Below, in pieces: positions 39,346 through 47,793 of a stretch of 64,000 nucleotides of DNA. A program made the translations under genes and the position numbers. Positions within the stretch are counted from its first letter, which is position 1, and each line of letters starts with the position of its first letter. The notes under the pieces were generated by a model that did no database searches, had not been told where the DNA came from, and saw nothing but the letters and a program-made list of their open reading frames with translations. Source of the stretch: Candidatus Eiseniibacteriota bacterium (GTDB lineage Bacteria; Eisenbacteria; RBG-16-71-46; CAZAMP01); contig OZ245046.1 of assembly GCA_965224245.1 (NCBI GenBank), forward strand, positions 4,608,001 to 4,672,000, given 5' to 3'.

Positions 39346-40107
39346 ATGACGCATCCAGGACGAGACACCCTTCTCGCCTTCGTGTCGGGACGCACCGACG
39401 ACGCCGACGCCGAGGCCGTGTACCAGCACATCGCGGAGTGCCCGCGGTGCGAGCGCCGGGTCGACGCGCTTCGCGTCCTCCGGGATCGCTTCGACGAGAG
39501 CTGGTCGTTCTTCGAGAGCGTCCTTGGCGACGTGGCTCTGAGCTTCGAGGAGAAGCGATTTCGCGCGTCGACGAACGCGATCGTGGTGGACTTCAAGGGA
39601 CTGATCGACGCCGGCCGCCGGCTCGCGATCGCGGCGCGCAACACCGTCGCCGACGCGGCCGCCCAGGCCGCCGGTGCGTTCGACGGTCGACTCGCGCCGG
39701 CCTACGGTGGTGTCGGCGACGTTCCCGCCGGGGACCCGGCCACACCTCACGTCGAGCGGGCCGCCGAGCTCATCGGTGCGGCCGACGTGGACGCCGCACG
39801 CGCCGAGCTCGAGACCGCGCACGCGCGCGACCCCAGATCCACCGGCGTCGTCGAGCTGGATCTGACCTGGCACGACGAGGTCTGCGGCAAGCTCGTGGTC
39901 AACGCCCCCCGTCGTCGCCTGTCGGTGCTCGTACACCCGCGCGCCGAGTTCGCGGCGGGCGCGGTGCGTCTTCGCGGTGAGGGCTACGACGAGCATCGCG
40001 CGCTCGAGCCGGTGGAGGGCGCCGCGTATCTCCTCGCGGAGTTCGACGCCGTGCCCGACGGTGCGTTCGACGTGGCGCTGGTCCTGGCCCCGACGGCGAC
40101 CGCGTAG
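39346..40107 (+). CDS. zf-HC2 (ZAS) anti-sigma-like protein
   Basis: MTHP..LLAFVSG...HIAECPRC (HxxxCxxC). No TM helix evident. Confidence 0.75.
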   Translation: MTHPGRDTLLAFVSGRTDDADAEAVYQHIAECPRCERRVDALRVLRDRFDESWSFFESVLGDVALSFEEKRFRASTNAIVVDFKGLIDAGRRLAIAARNTVADAAAQAAGAFDGRLAPAYGGVGDVPAGDPATPHVERAAELIGAADVDAARAELETAHARDPRSTGVVELDLTWHDEVCGKLVVNAPRRRLSVLVHPRAEFAAGAVRLRGEGYDEHRALEPVEGAAYLLAEFDAVPDGAFDVALVLAPTATA

Positions 40108-40214
40108 CAGTCGCGTCGCGCGCACGGCCGGTCCGCTCGGTCGTGCGCCTCGGCTCGTCCACGCGCATCCCTCGCGCTCCAGGGACGTCCCCTGCACCGT
40201 GATATAGTCCCCGG

Positions 40215-41723
40215 ATGCCTTCACGATTTGCCCATCGTGACATCGACTACGAGATCGACTACCACCCGGCCTACTCGTATGCGCTCGACATGGCCGGGCT
40301 ACCGCTGATTCCGTCGATCACCGTCTCGAACCGACGCGCGCACCCGAGCCCGAGGCACGTCGTCTCGTTGTCGGTGCTCGAGCATCCGATCCGGGCCGAG
40401 GCCGTCGTCCCAGAGCTCGACGCCGGCGCGACCGCCACCACGGTGCCGCGCTTCGGCAGCAGCCTCACCGACCACCTCGAGCGCCTCGTTCAACCGATCC
40501 GCAACACCCTGGGCGTCACGATCGACGGCGCGACGGTCGCCGAGCTCCCGTTCCTGGCGCTGGATGCCTGGCGGTGGCCCCACACGCGACGGGCCCGCGC
40601 AGCGTGTGCGGCGTACGTGCTGCCGCACGAGGCCGAGGTCGCCCAGACGGTCGTGGAGGCCGGCGTGTGGCCGATGCATGCGCGCCACGATCCCACGCGC
40701 ACGAGCACGACGACGTTCACGGCGACGGCGACCGGTGATCCCGTGCGCGCGATGACGTCGCTCTATCGAGTCCTTCACACGTCGAACTCGGTCATCTACG
40801 AGATCCCGAAGGTGGAGCGCAGCCCGGAGCTCTCGGTGACGTTCCAGGTCGTGCGCGCACCCCATCTCATCCGGCCGTCGCTGTTCGCCGGACCGTCGCG
40901 CGGGAACTGCTTCGACCTCACCGCGTTCTTCGCCTCGTGCCTGGAGGCGATCGGACACACCCCTCTGATCATCTTCACCGGCGCGCTGGACCAGGCGCCG
41001 ACCCACGCGTTCCTCGGCTGCTGGACCCACGCCGAGCCCCGTCACGTCCCCGTCATCGATCGCAAGGCCGAGCTCCTGCGCGTGGTCGACGCGGGCGAGA
41101 TGGTCATCCTCGAGTGCACCGGCGTGTGTCGCGACCGCCAGTATCGGCTCGAGTTCGATGCCGCCCGCGATCGCGCGCTCGACATCCTGCGGTCGATGTC
41201 GCGCATTCACGCCATCGACGTCGCGACCTGCCGGCCACCGACCGGATCGGTGCGGCCGCTGGAGCTGGCGTTCGAGCCGGTGGTCCGTCGCGCCGTCTGG
41301 GAAGGGGAGCGCTTCCGCGAGCGCATGCGCCAGCGGGCGCTCGAGGGCACTCACCTTTTGTACGGGCTCTGCGCAGCCGGGAGCACCGAGTTCGACGAGA
41401 TCGTGACCGCACTGGGATCGAGCCCCGCGCGCGTGGCGGCGTTCATCGAGGAGTCGACACCGATCGGCGATCACACGGGCGCCCACGCGGTGACCGGCAA
41501 CTATCGCCGGGCGTTCAGCGACGCACGCGAGCGCGCGCGACTGCACGGACGCCGAACCGTCCGTGAGGCGGATCTCATCTGGGGCGTCGCGCGGAGCCAG
41601 TCCGCACGTCTGCACTACATCCTCGAGCAGTCGGGGTTCTCGATCGATGCGCTGCGGAGCGAAATGGCGCTCAGGTACCCCGAGGGCGACGAGACGGAGT
41701 CGATTCACGTTCCACGATCGTGA
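40215..41723 (+). CDS. Transglutaminase-like/papain-fold domain fused to C-terminal Clp N-terminal repeat domain
   Basis: GNCFDLTAFFASCLEAIG...HAFLGCW...LECT. C-terminal ClpN-like LEGTHLLYGL and AFSDARERARLHG..VREADLIWG. Confidence 0.7.
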   Translation: MPSRFAHRDIDYEIDYHPAYSYALDMAGLPLIPSITVSNRRAHPSPRHVVSLSVLEHPIRAEAVVPELDAGATATTVPRFGSSLTDHLERLVQPIRNTLGVTIDGATVAELPFLALDAWRWPHTRRARAACAAYVLPHEAEVAQTVVEAGVWPMHARHDPTRTSTTTFTATATGDPVRAMTSLYRVLHTSNSVIYEIPKVERSPELSVTFQVVRAPHLIRPSLFAGPSRGNCFDLTAFFASCLEAIGHTPLIIFTGALDQAPTHAFLGCWTHAEPRHVPVIDRKAELLRVVDAGEMVILECTGVCRDRQYRLEFDAARDRALDILRSMSRIHAIDVATCRPPTGSVRPLELAFEPVVRRAVWEGERFRERMRQRALEGTHLLYGLCAAGSTEFDEIVTALGSSPARVAAFIEESTPIGDHTGAHAVTGNYRRAFSDARERARLHGRRTVREADLIWGVARSQSARLHYILEQSGFSIDALRSEMALRYPEGDETESIHVPRS

Positions 41724-41729
41724 ATCGAC

Positions 41730-44195
41730 TCACGGCGACCTCCCCAGCGTCCAGCCCGTCATCTTCCGCATGAAGTCCTGCAGATCCTCGGTGTGGCGGT
41801 TCCGGAACGTCCAGAGCTGCGTTCCGATCCACACGACTCGACCCTGAGGCTCTCCGAAGCTGCGGAACCGGGTCACCACCGGCTCCCGGTCGAGCGACGA
41901 GCCGAAGGTGGTGCCGCACACCTGGGTCACCGAGTCCGACTGCTCATACGCCCACGCGTTCGGAATGAACGTGTACAGCGTGTCCAGTCCCGCGCGCAGG
42001 AGCGGCGGGCTTCCGGTCATCGGCGTCGCGCCGACGTCGCCGAAGCGGTTCCGGGCACCCATCCATCGGTTCGTCCACAGGCCCCGGCGTTCGGGGTCGT
42101 ATCCGGTGGGATCGAACCTCCACGGCAGTCCGAGGGCGATCGCCTTCTCGGTCGGCTCCATGCCCACGATGCCGCTGCACTGCGTGCGGAGGCTCGGAGG
42201 CCCGGCGCGTCCGATGCGATCGAACTGCGTCCGCATCTGCATCACGTCCCACAGGAACGTGCCCGGGCCGAAGTTCGGTGACGGAAACTGCGGCAGCTCC
42301 GGCGTGTAGGGATCCGCCGGATAGAGATCGCCGAGGAGCGAGCCGATGGTCGTCGTTCCCCACACGACGAGTCCCCCACCCGCCCGCACGTAGAGCGAGA
42401 GGAACTTCCCCTGGGGTGCTCCGGGCTCGGGGTCGGTCACGTGGCCCAGGAGGCTGGGGTTGGGGCCCCCTGCGGCGGCGACGTTCCAGAAGAGGAGCTT
42501 GTACCGACTCAGCTCCGAGAGCGTGATCTCGCTCACGGCGTCCGACTCGGCGCACTCGCCCGCGAACACGTGCGCGTCGAAGCGATACAGGGGCTCGCCG
42601 AGCTCTCGATAGGGATCGATCGCGTACTCGAGCATGTTGCCCACGAACACGTCGTGCTCGCAGTCGCGAACCCCGGCCACCTTGTAGTCGTCCACCCACA
42701 GGGCGGTCCGATCGAAGGAGAACGCCACGACGTCCATCACGATCGTCGCGACCACCGTGTGGCTCGGGTCGTGCGTCTCGTCTCGCGCCCGGATGTACAG
42801 CACGTGCTGCTCACCGGCCTGGTCGTCGGTGAACATGATGTCGCCGACGACGCGGTCGTGGTTGCCCCATCCGATCCACCCGCCGCGTCCGTCGTCGGAC
42901 TGGCACACCTCGCACTCGGGATCCTCGATGTCGAGCGCGTAGTTGAGATCCGACACCTCCGAGCCGTAGCTCGCCGCGCTCGCCGTCCACTCGAACTTCA
43001 GCGGCACGTTCGCCGGCACCTCGACCCGCCAGGTGAGTCCCCGACTCACGAACGTGCTCGAGCCGAGGAAGGACTTCTCGGTCACGGTCAACGTCGGCGT
43101 GGATGGATACGACGGATCCGACTGGAACTTGACCACGTTCCCCTCGACTCCCGTCGTGGTGACCACGAGCTCGCGATCGGGTGAGATGGCGCCGGCCTCG
43201 TCCACGGCCCGGATGGCGAAGGCGTACTCACCCGGAGGGACGCTCCGGAGCTGGAGCTGCTCGAACGGATAGGGCTCCCCCGCCTTCGGCCACCAGTCGG
43301 TGGCGAGGTACGTGCTGTCGGTCACGGCATCGGGCTCGGACACGACCTGTTCGTTGGGGATCAAGAGGTTCTCGCGGGCGATCAGGAAGTGCGTGAAGTA
43401 GCGGATCACGAGCGCGTTGTCGTCGAACACCGAGTCGATGGGCACGAGCTTCATCTGGTAGCCGATCGGCTTGTCGTTCGGGTCGGTGCTGTCGTCGTCG
43501 CGACCTTTCCACCGCGTGGTGAGAAACGAGCCGAGCGTGGTGAATCGTTCGAGTCCCTCACCGACCGGGGTCACGAGCTGTGCGGTGGGCGCGATCGTCA
43601 CGGCGTTGAACGAGCGCGAGTCGGGTCTGGAGACGCCCCCCCGGTTGTCGATGGCCCGGATGAAGAACCGGTGCCACTCCGACGCGAGCGGTGGGCTCGT
43701 CGTCCCCGCGATCTCCTCGGCGGCCGACATCACGAACTGGCCCGAGTAGGTCTCGACGCGCTTCCAGAGAGAATCCGCCGCTTCCTGGACGGGGTCGAGT
43801 CCCAGCGCGCGGCAGCTGTCGGCGTCCTGGATGCAGACGACGTCGTCCACACTTACGAGGGCGCCGTCCCGGCCGCGGGCCCGGATCGTGCGCGTGCCCT
43901 CGCACAGACACGTGTCGTCGATCGCGTACTCGAAGTGGCTGATCGTGCCGTCGGCGTCCGACCCGAACCAGTAGAACTCGACCCGGTAGTCGGTGGTCTC
44001 TCCGTTGGCGGTGCCGCCGGTGATCCGCACCGTCGGAGGCTCGTTCGGCTTCAGCTTCGCGTCGTGTGGCTCCCACTCGCAGCCGAGCGCCACCAGCACC
44101 GCGACCGCGGCGCCGATCACGGGCCCGATCGCGACCCGGACGGTGCCCCCGGCGCTCCTTCTCCGCCCCGCCTGGGAGCTCGGGATCGGTCTCAT
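41730..44195 (-). CDS. Large lipoprotein with Ig/FN3-like repeats and a C-terminal alpha/beta domain
   Basis: VLVALG-C lipobox; WFGSDADG, FFIRAIDN, FAIRAVDEAG. ATG 44195 is coupled (ATGA) to the upstream stop. Confidence 0.8.
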   Translation of the reverse strand: MRPIPSSQAGRRRSAGGTVRVAIGPVIGAAVAVLVALGCEWEPHDAKLKPNEPPTVRITGGTANGETTDYRVEFYWFGSDADGTISHFEYAIDDTCLCEGTRTIRARGRDGALVSVDDVVCIQDADSCRALGLDPVQEAADSLWKRVETYSGQFVMSAAEEIAGTTSPPLASEWHRFFIRAIDNRGGVSRPDSRSFNAVTIAPTAQLVTPVGEGLERFTTLGSFLTTRWKGRDDDSTDPNDKPIGYQMKLVPIDSVFDDNALVIRYFTHFLIARENLLIPNEQVVSEPDAVTDSTYLATDWWPKAGEPYPFEQLQLRSVPPGEYAFAIRAVDEAGAISPDRELVVTTTGVEGNVVKFQSDPSYPSTPTLTVTEKSFLGSSTFVSRGLTWRVEVPANVPLKFEWTASAASYGSEVSDLNYALDIEDPECEVCQSDDGRGGWIGWGNHDRVVGDIMFTDDQAGEQHVLYIRARDETHDPSHTVVATIVMDVVAFSFDRTALWVDDYKVAGVRDCEHDVFVGNMLEYAIDPYRELGEPLYRFDAHVFAGECAESDAVSEITLSELSRYKLLFWNVAAAGGPNPSLLGHVTDPEPGAPQGKFLSLYVRAGGGLVVWGTTTIGSLLGDLYPADPYTPELPQFPSPNFGPGTFLWDVMQMRTQFDRIGRAGPPSLRTQCSGIVGMEPTEKAIALGLPWRFDPTGYDPERRGLWTNRWMGARNRFGDVGATPMTGSPPLLRAGLDTLYTFIPNAWAYEQSDSVTQVCGTTFGSSLDREPVVTRFRSFGEPQGRVVWIGTQLWTFRNRHTEDLQDFMRKMTGWTLGRSP

Positions 44196-45499
44196 CGGCC
44201 GCGCGACGCCACGTCGATCGCCGTGAAAGGGATCGTGACCGTCCGTCGCCGCCGTGCCATGTAGATGCCCGCGTCGCCGTCGTTCTGGCGGTCCATGATC
44301 TCGACCGTCAGCGTGTGCTCGGCCTCGTCCTCGGTCTGTGCGAAGAAGATCGGGAAGCACATCGGCGTCAGCTCGTCCGGCTCGGCCAGGGTGACGTCGT
44401 CGGTGATGAACTCGAACGGATCCAGGCTCCGGATGTCCTCGTCCACCGCCCAGCGCACGCCGTGCACGCGACCGGTGTGATCGCGGTCGCGGGCCCAGAT
44501 GATTGCGTCGATGGATCCGACCCGGTAGCCGTCCGCCTCCGGCGCGGAGAACTCCATCTCGATGACCTGACCCGGCTGCGGGATGCCTTGGTAGTCCAGG
44601 ACCGAGACGTCGGCCCGATCCCACCCTCCCCAGTAGACCGTCTGGACGGCGCACGGCACCGCCGAGGGGGCCGCGCTCTGCTCGCGGTACACCTTGTACA
44701 GGGTGTCCCGATCGCAAACCCGGAGGCTGTCGCCGAACGAGGCGGCGAGACGATCGCACTGGCGCGTCGGGATGCCGTCCTCGCGAAACACGAACACGGG
44801 ACCCCGGTCGATGTGCACGTCCAGCGTGTCGACGCCGAGCGAATCGTGGACGCCGTCGATGTTCTCCGCCGCGATGACCACGCGCCAGTCGCCCGAGAGC
44901 AACGGTCCCACGACGACGCTGGATCGGTCCTCGGTGAACGAGCACCGCCACAGTCGCGTGGAGCAGGACCCGTCGAGGCTGTTGCAGTCCATGACCATCG
45001 TGTCCAGCGCCCAGCCCAGCTCGGGCGCGTCCTCTTCGTTCACCTCGACGTCGATCTCGATCCACCACTCGGCGAACGGGTTCTCGGGGATGGCCAGCGT
45101 GTCGCGCGCGTCGATGTAGCCCTCGGGCAGACACGCGTTCGAATCGGGCACCGGCATGTTCTGGAGCGAGGGATCCCACGGGGTCACCACCGGGGAGCAG
45201 GGATCGCCGTCGTAGCTTCTGGTGGCCAGACGATAGGCCTTGATGGTGTCGGCGCCGCAGGTCGTCGCGGTCCGGCCGATCCAGAGCCACCGCTCGCGCT
45301 CCGCAGGGTCTACCGGATCGTCGGGATCATCGGGATCGTCCGGGTCGTCGGGGATCTCGTCGGGCACCGGCTCGGTGGCATCGTTGCGGTCGCACCCGGC
45401 TCCGAGCCCGAGCGAGACGAGAACCGTCCCGAGCGCGAGGGCACCGAAGAGCAGGCGCCGGCCGGGGGCGGCATCGTGTCTCATCGTCCTCATCATCAT
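44192..45499 (-). CDS. Hypothetical Cys-containing lipoprotein
   Basis: LGLGAG-C lipobox followed by a (DDP)4 linker. Start uncertain among several nearby Mets. Confidence 0.75.
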   Translation of the reverse strand: MMMRTMRHDAAPGRRLLFGALALGTVLVSLGLGAGCDRNDATEPVPDEIPDDPDDPDDPDDPVDPAERERWLWIGRTATTCGADTIKAYRLATRSYDGDPCSPVVTPWDPSLQNMPVPDSNACLPEGYIDARDTLAIPENPFAEWWIEIDVEVNEEDAPELGWALDTMVMDCNSLDGSCSTRLWRCSFTEDRSSVVVGPLLSGDWRVVIAAENIDGVHDSLGVDTLDVHIDRGPVFVFREDGIPTRQCDRLAASFGDSLRVCDRDTLYKVYREQSAAPSAVPCAVQTVYWGGWDRADVSVLDYQGIPQPGQVIEMEFSAPEADGYRVGSIDAIIWARDRDHTGRVHGVRWAVDEDIRSLDPFEFITDDVTLAEPDELTPMCFPIFFAQTEDEAEHTLTVEIMDRQNDGDAGIYMARRRRTVTIPFTAIDVASRGR

Positions 45500-45598
45500 C
45501 CTCCCATCAGCCCCGACCCCGGCCGCATTCTACTCCAGATACCCCGTCCGCGCCGAATCGTGCGCGGGCCCGGGGGGCCGCCCGGCGGCGCGCCCCGG

Positions 45599-47689
45599 TC
45601 AGTCGATGGGTACGATGGCCAGGTAAGCCGATCGGAACCGTCCGATGCCGTCGAAACGCCCCGCAAGCGCCAGCGCCCCGTCCACGACCGCCAGGCCGTG
45701 CACGGCTCCCCGCACGGGCACCAGCGGGCGCCACCGCCGGCCGTCCCAGGCGGCGAGGTTGCGGCTGGGCGTCTGGCCGGCGCGCTCGAACACGCCCCCC
45801 ACCAGGAGCCAGGATCCATGGGACAGGAGCGCCTTCGCGGAGTGCGGCGTCGTCCGAGCGGTGACACCGCCGCCGACGTCCGACCACGTCGATCCGTCCC
45901 AGCGGGCGATGCCGCTGGCGGGACGCCCGTCCGCGACCGCGAAGTCGCCGGCGATGAAGAGTGCCCCGCCGTGCTCGGCGATCGCGCGCACCCGACCGTC
46001 GACGCCGTGGCCGATCGGCTCCCAGGTCGCACCCGTCCAGCGCGCGATGCCGCCCGCGTCCACGCCGCCGATGATCGTGAAGCTGCCGCCGGCCACGAGA
46101 TCACCGCGGTGCGTCCCGAGTGCGATCACGCCGCCGTTCACGGCGGGCGGGCCGAGCGACGTCCACTCGGATCCGTCCCAGGCCGCTATTCCCGGCACGT
46201 CGAGCGATCCGGCGCGCGTGAAGTTGCCCGACACGATCAGTCGATCCTGGTGCTCGAGGAGCCCGATCACCGGGCCGTTCACGCCGCCCCCGAGCGACTC
46301 CCAGCTCCGGCCGTTCCACCGGGCCACGCGGTCCAGAGATCGGTGTCCGGACGATGCCCCGTGGCCCGCGCTGATGAAGAGCCCGCCGATCACCGGGCGA
46401 CCACGGAACGCCGCGACGGCGAGCACGTCGTCTCCAACGCCGTCGCCCATCGCGCGCCATCGACCGCCTTCGTAGGTCGCGACGCGGCTGCACGGGAGCG
46501 ATCCGATCGCGTCGAATCCCCCGGCGACCACGAGCGCGTCGCCGATGACCGATGCCGCATAGACGCGCGCGTTCGGACCGGATGCCGTGCCGTAGGACGC
46601 GGCACGCGCACCGCCGACGCGTGCGATCCCCGCCGCGTCGAACACGAGGGCATCAGCGGTGCCGGCCGCCACCTCGACACGATCGAACTCGCCGACGGCG
46701 ATCCAGGCGTCCCCGTCGGGGATCAGATCTTGGACCGGCCCGTTCGGCGCCGTGGAGAGGGGAGCCCATCGCGATCCGGTCCACTCGGCGAGGTGAGGCG
46801 TGGACTCGGCTCCGCTGGCCAGGAACCGACCCCCGGCCACCAGCCGATCGCCGGACGCCCGCAGCGCGAGAACGTCGTGGTCGAACCCGTCGCCCAGCGC
46901 CGTCCAGCGCGTGCCGTCGTGCCGCGCGACGTGCCGAAGCGGGGTCCCGTCGGATGCGCGCACGAACGCCCCCCCGACGACGAGATGGCCGGCGTGCCGG
47001 GTCATCGTCAGCACCGGGGCATCGAGCGCGGGCTCGAACGCGCGCCAGCGGATGCCGTCGTGGCGCGCGAGGAAGCACGGCTCTCCATCCACGGTGAGGT
47101 GGCCACCGGCCAGCAAGCCGCCGTCGGGCGACGTGCCGAGCACGATCACGCGTCCCGCCAGCGATGCGTCGAAGGGCTCCCAGCCCGAGTCGTTCCAGCG
47201 TGCGATCCGTCCCAGCCCGTCGAACGAGCCGGCGGCGACGAGCGTCTCGCCGTACGTCGTGAGTGCGGTGACCGCGCCGGGCAGACCCTCGCCGACCGCA
47301 CTCCAGGCTTCTCCGTCCCAGCGCGCGACGTTCCGGGTACGAGCGCCGCCGGCGGCGCCGAAGAGACCCCCCAGGATGAGGTCGCCGCCCGATCGCGTGG
47401 CCGACGTGATCGGACCGTCCACGCCCCCGCCCAGGGGACTCCACCGTTCGCCGTCCCAGCGCGCGACGTGATCGACCCGCGTCGGCCCGGCCCACGAGAA
47501 CACGCCGAACACCACGAAGCCCTCACCGTCGGGCTGGATGCCGCTGGCCGGGGCCGACACCCCGGGTGGGGCGAACAGCACCGCGTGGCTCTCGTCCGCC
47601 GCCGCCGACAGGCCGGCGATCGATGCGAGCAACATCGTGGATGCGACCGTGGCGATCGCACGCCGGGTGATGATGATCGGGTCGTGCAT
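45599..47689 (-). CDS. Secreted beta-propeller repeat protein (WDG repeats)
   Basis: About 12 repeats of LVxGGxF...IARWDGxxWxxLGxG. Signal peptide. Confidence 0.85.
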   Translation of the reverse strand: MHDPIIITRRAIATVASTMLLASIAGLSAAADESHAVLFAPPGVSAPASGIQPDGEGFVVFGVFSWAGPTRVDHVARWDGERWSPLGGGVDGPITSATRSGGDLILGGLFGAAGGARTRNVARWDGEAWSAVGEGLPGAVTALTTYGETLVAAGSFDGLGRIARWNDSGWEPFDASLAGRVIVLGTSPDGGLLAGGHLTVDGEPCFLARHDGIRWRAFEPALDAPVLTMTRHAGHLVVGGAFVRASDGTPLRHVARHDGTRWTALGDGFDHDVLALRASGDRLVAGGRFLASGAESTPHLAEWTGSRWAPLSTAPNGPVQDLIPDGDAWIAVGEFDRVEVAAGTADALVFDAAGIARVGGARAASYGTASGPNARVYAASVIGDALVVAGGFDAIGSLPCSRVATYEGGRWRAMGDGVGDDVLAVAAFRGRPVIGGLFISAGHGASSGHRSLDRVARWNGRSWESLGGGVNGPVIGLLEHQDRLIVSGNFTRAGSLDVPGIAAWDGSEWTSLGPPAVNGGVIALGTHRGDLVAGGSFTIIGGVDAGGIARWTGATWEPIGHGVDGRVRAIAEHGGALFIAGDFAVADGRPASGIARWDGSTWSDVGGGVTARTTPHSAKALLSHGSWLLVGGVFERAGQTPSRNLAAWDGRRWRPLVPVRGAVHGLAVVDGALALAGRFDGIGRFRSAYLAIVPID

Positions 47690-47793
47690 GCCGTGACGGT
47701 AGCGGCAGGCTCGGCGTGTGGCAACGGCGCGCATCGGGCGGCGCCCGACGCTCGGCTGCGCTCGCGGCGCCTTACCCGTATCATGCCGGCACG

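Noticed and set aside
44196-45290. N-terminal extension making an 1186-aa protein
   Set aside because: Overlaps the real 44192-45499 gene in another frame; the lipobox and ATGA coupling place the start at 44195.
45315-45352. 9-bp tandem repeat
   Set aside because: Only encodes the DDP linker after the lipoprotein Cys; synonymous variation argues against a phase-variable tract.
45599-47689. Regularly recurring CCGTCCCAG-like motifs as a possible CRISPR or DNA repeat array
   Set aside because: They are the WDG codons of degenerate protein repeats, not identical repeats with spacers.
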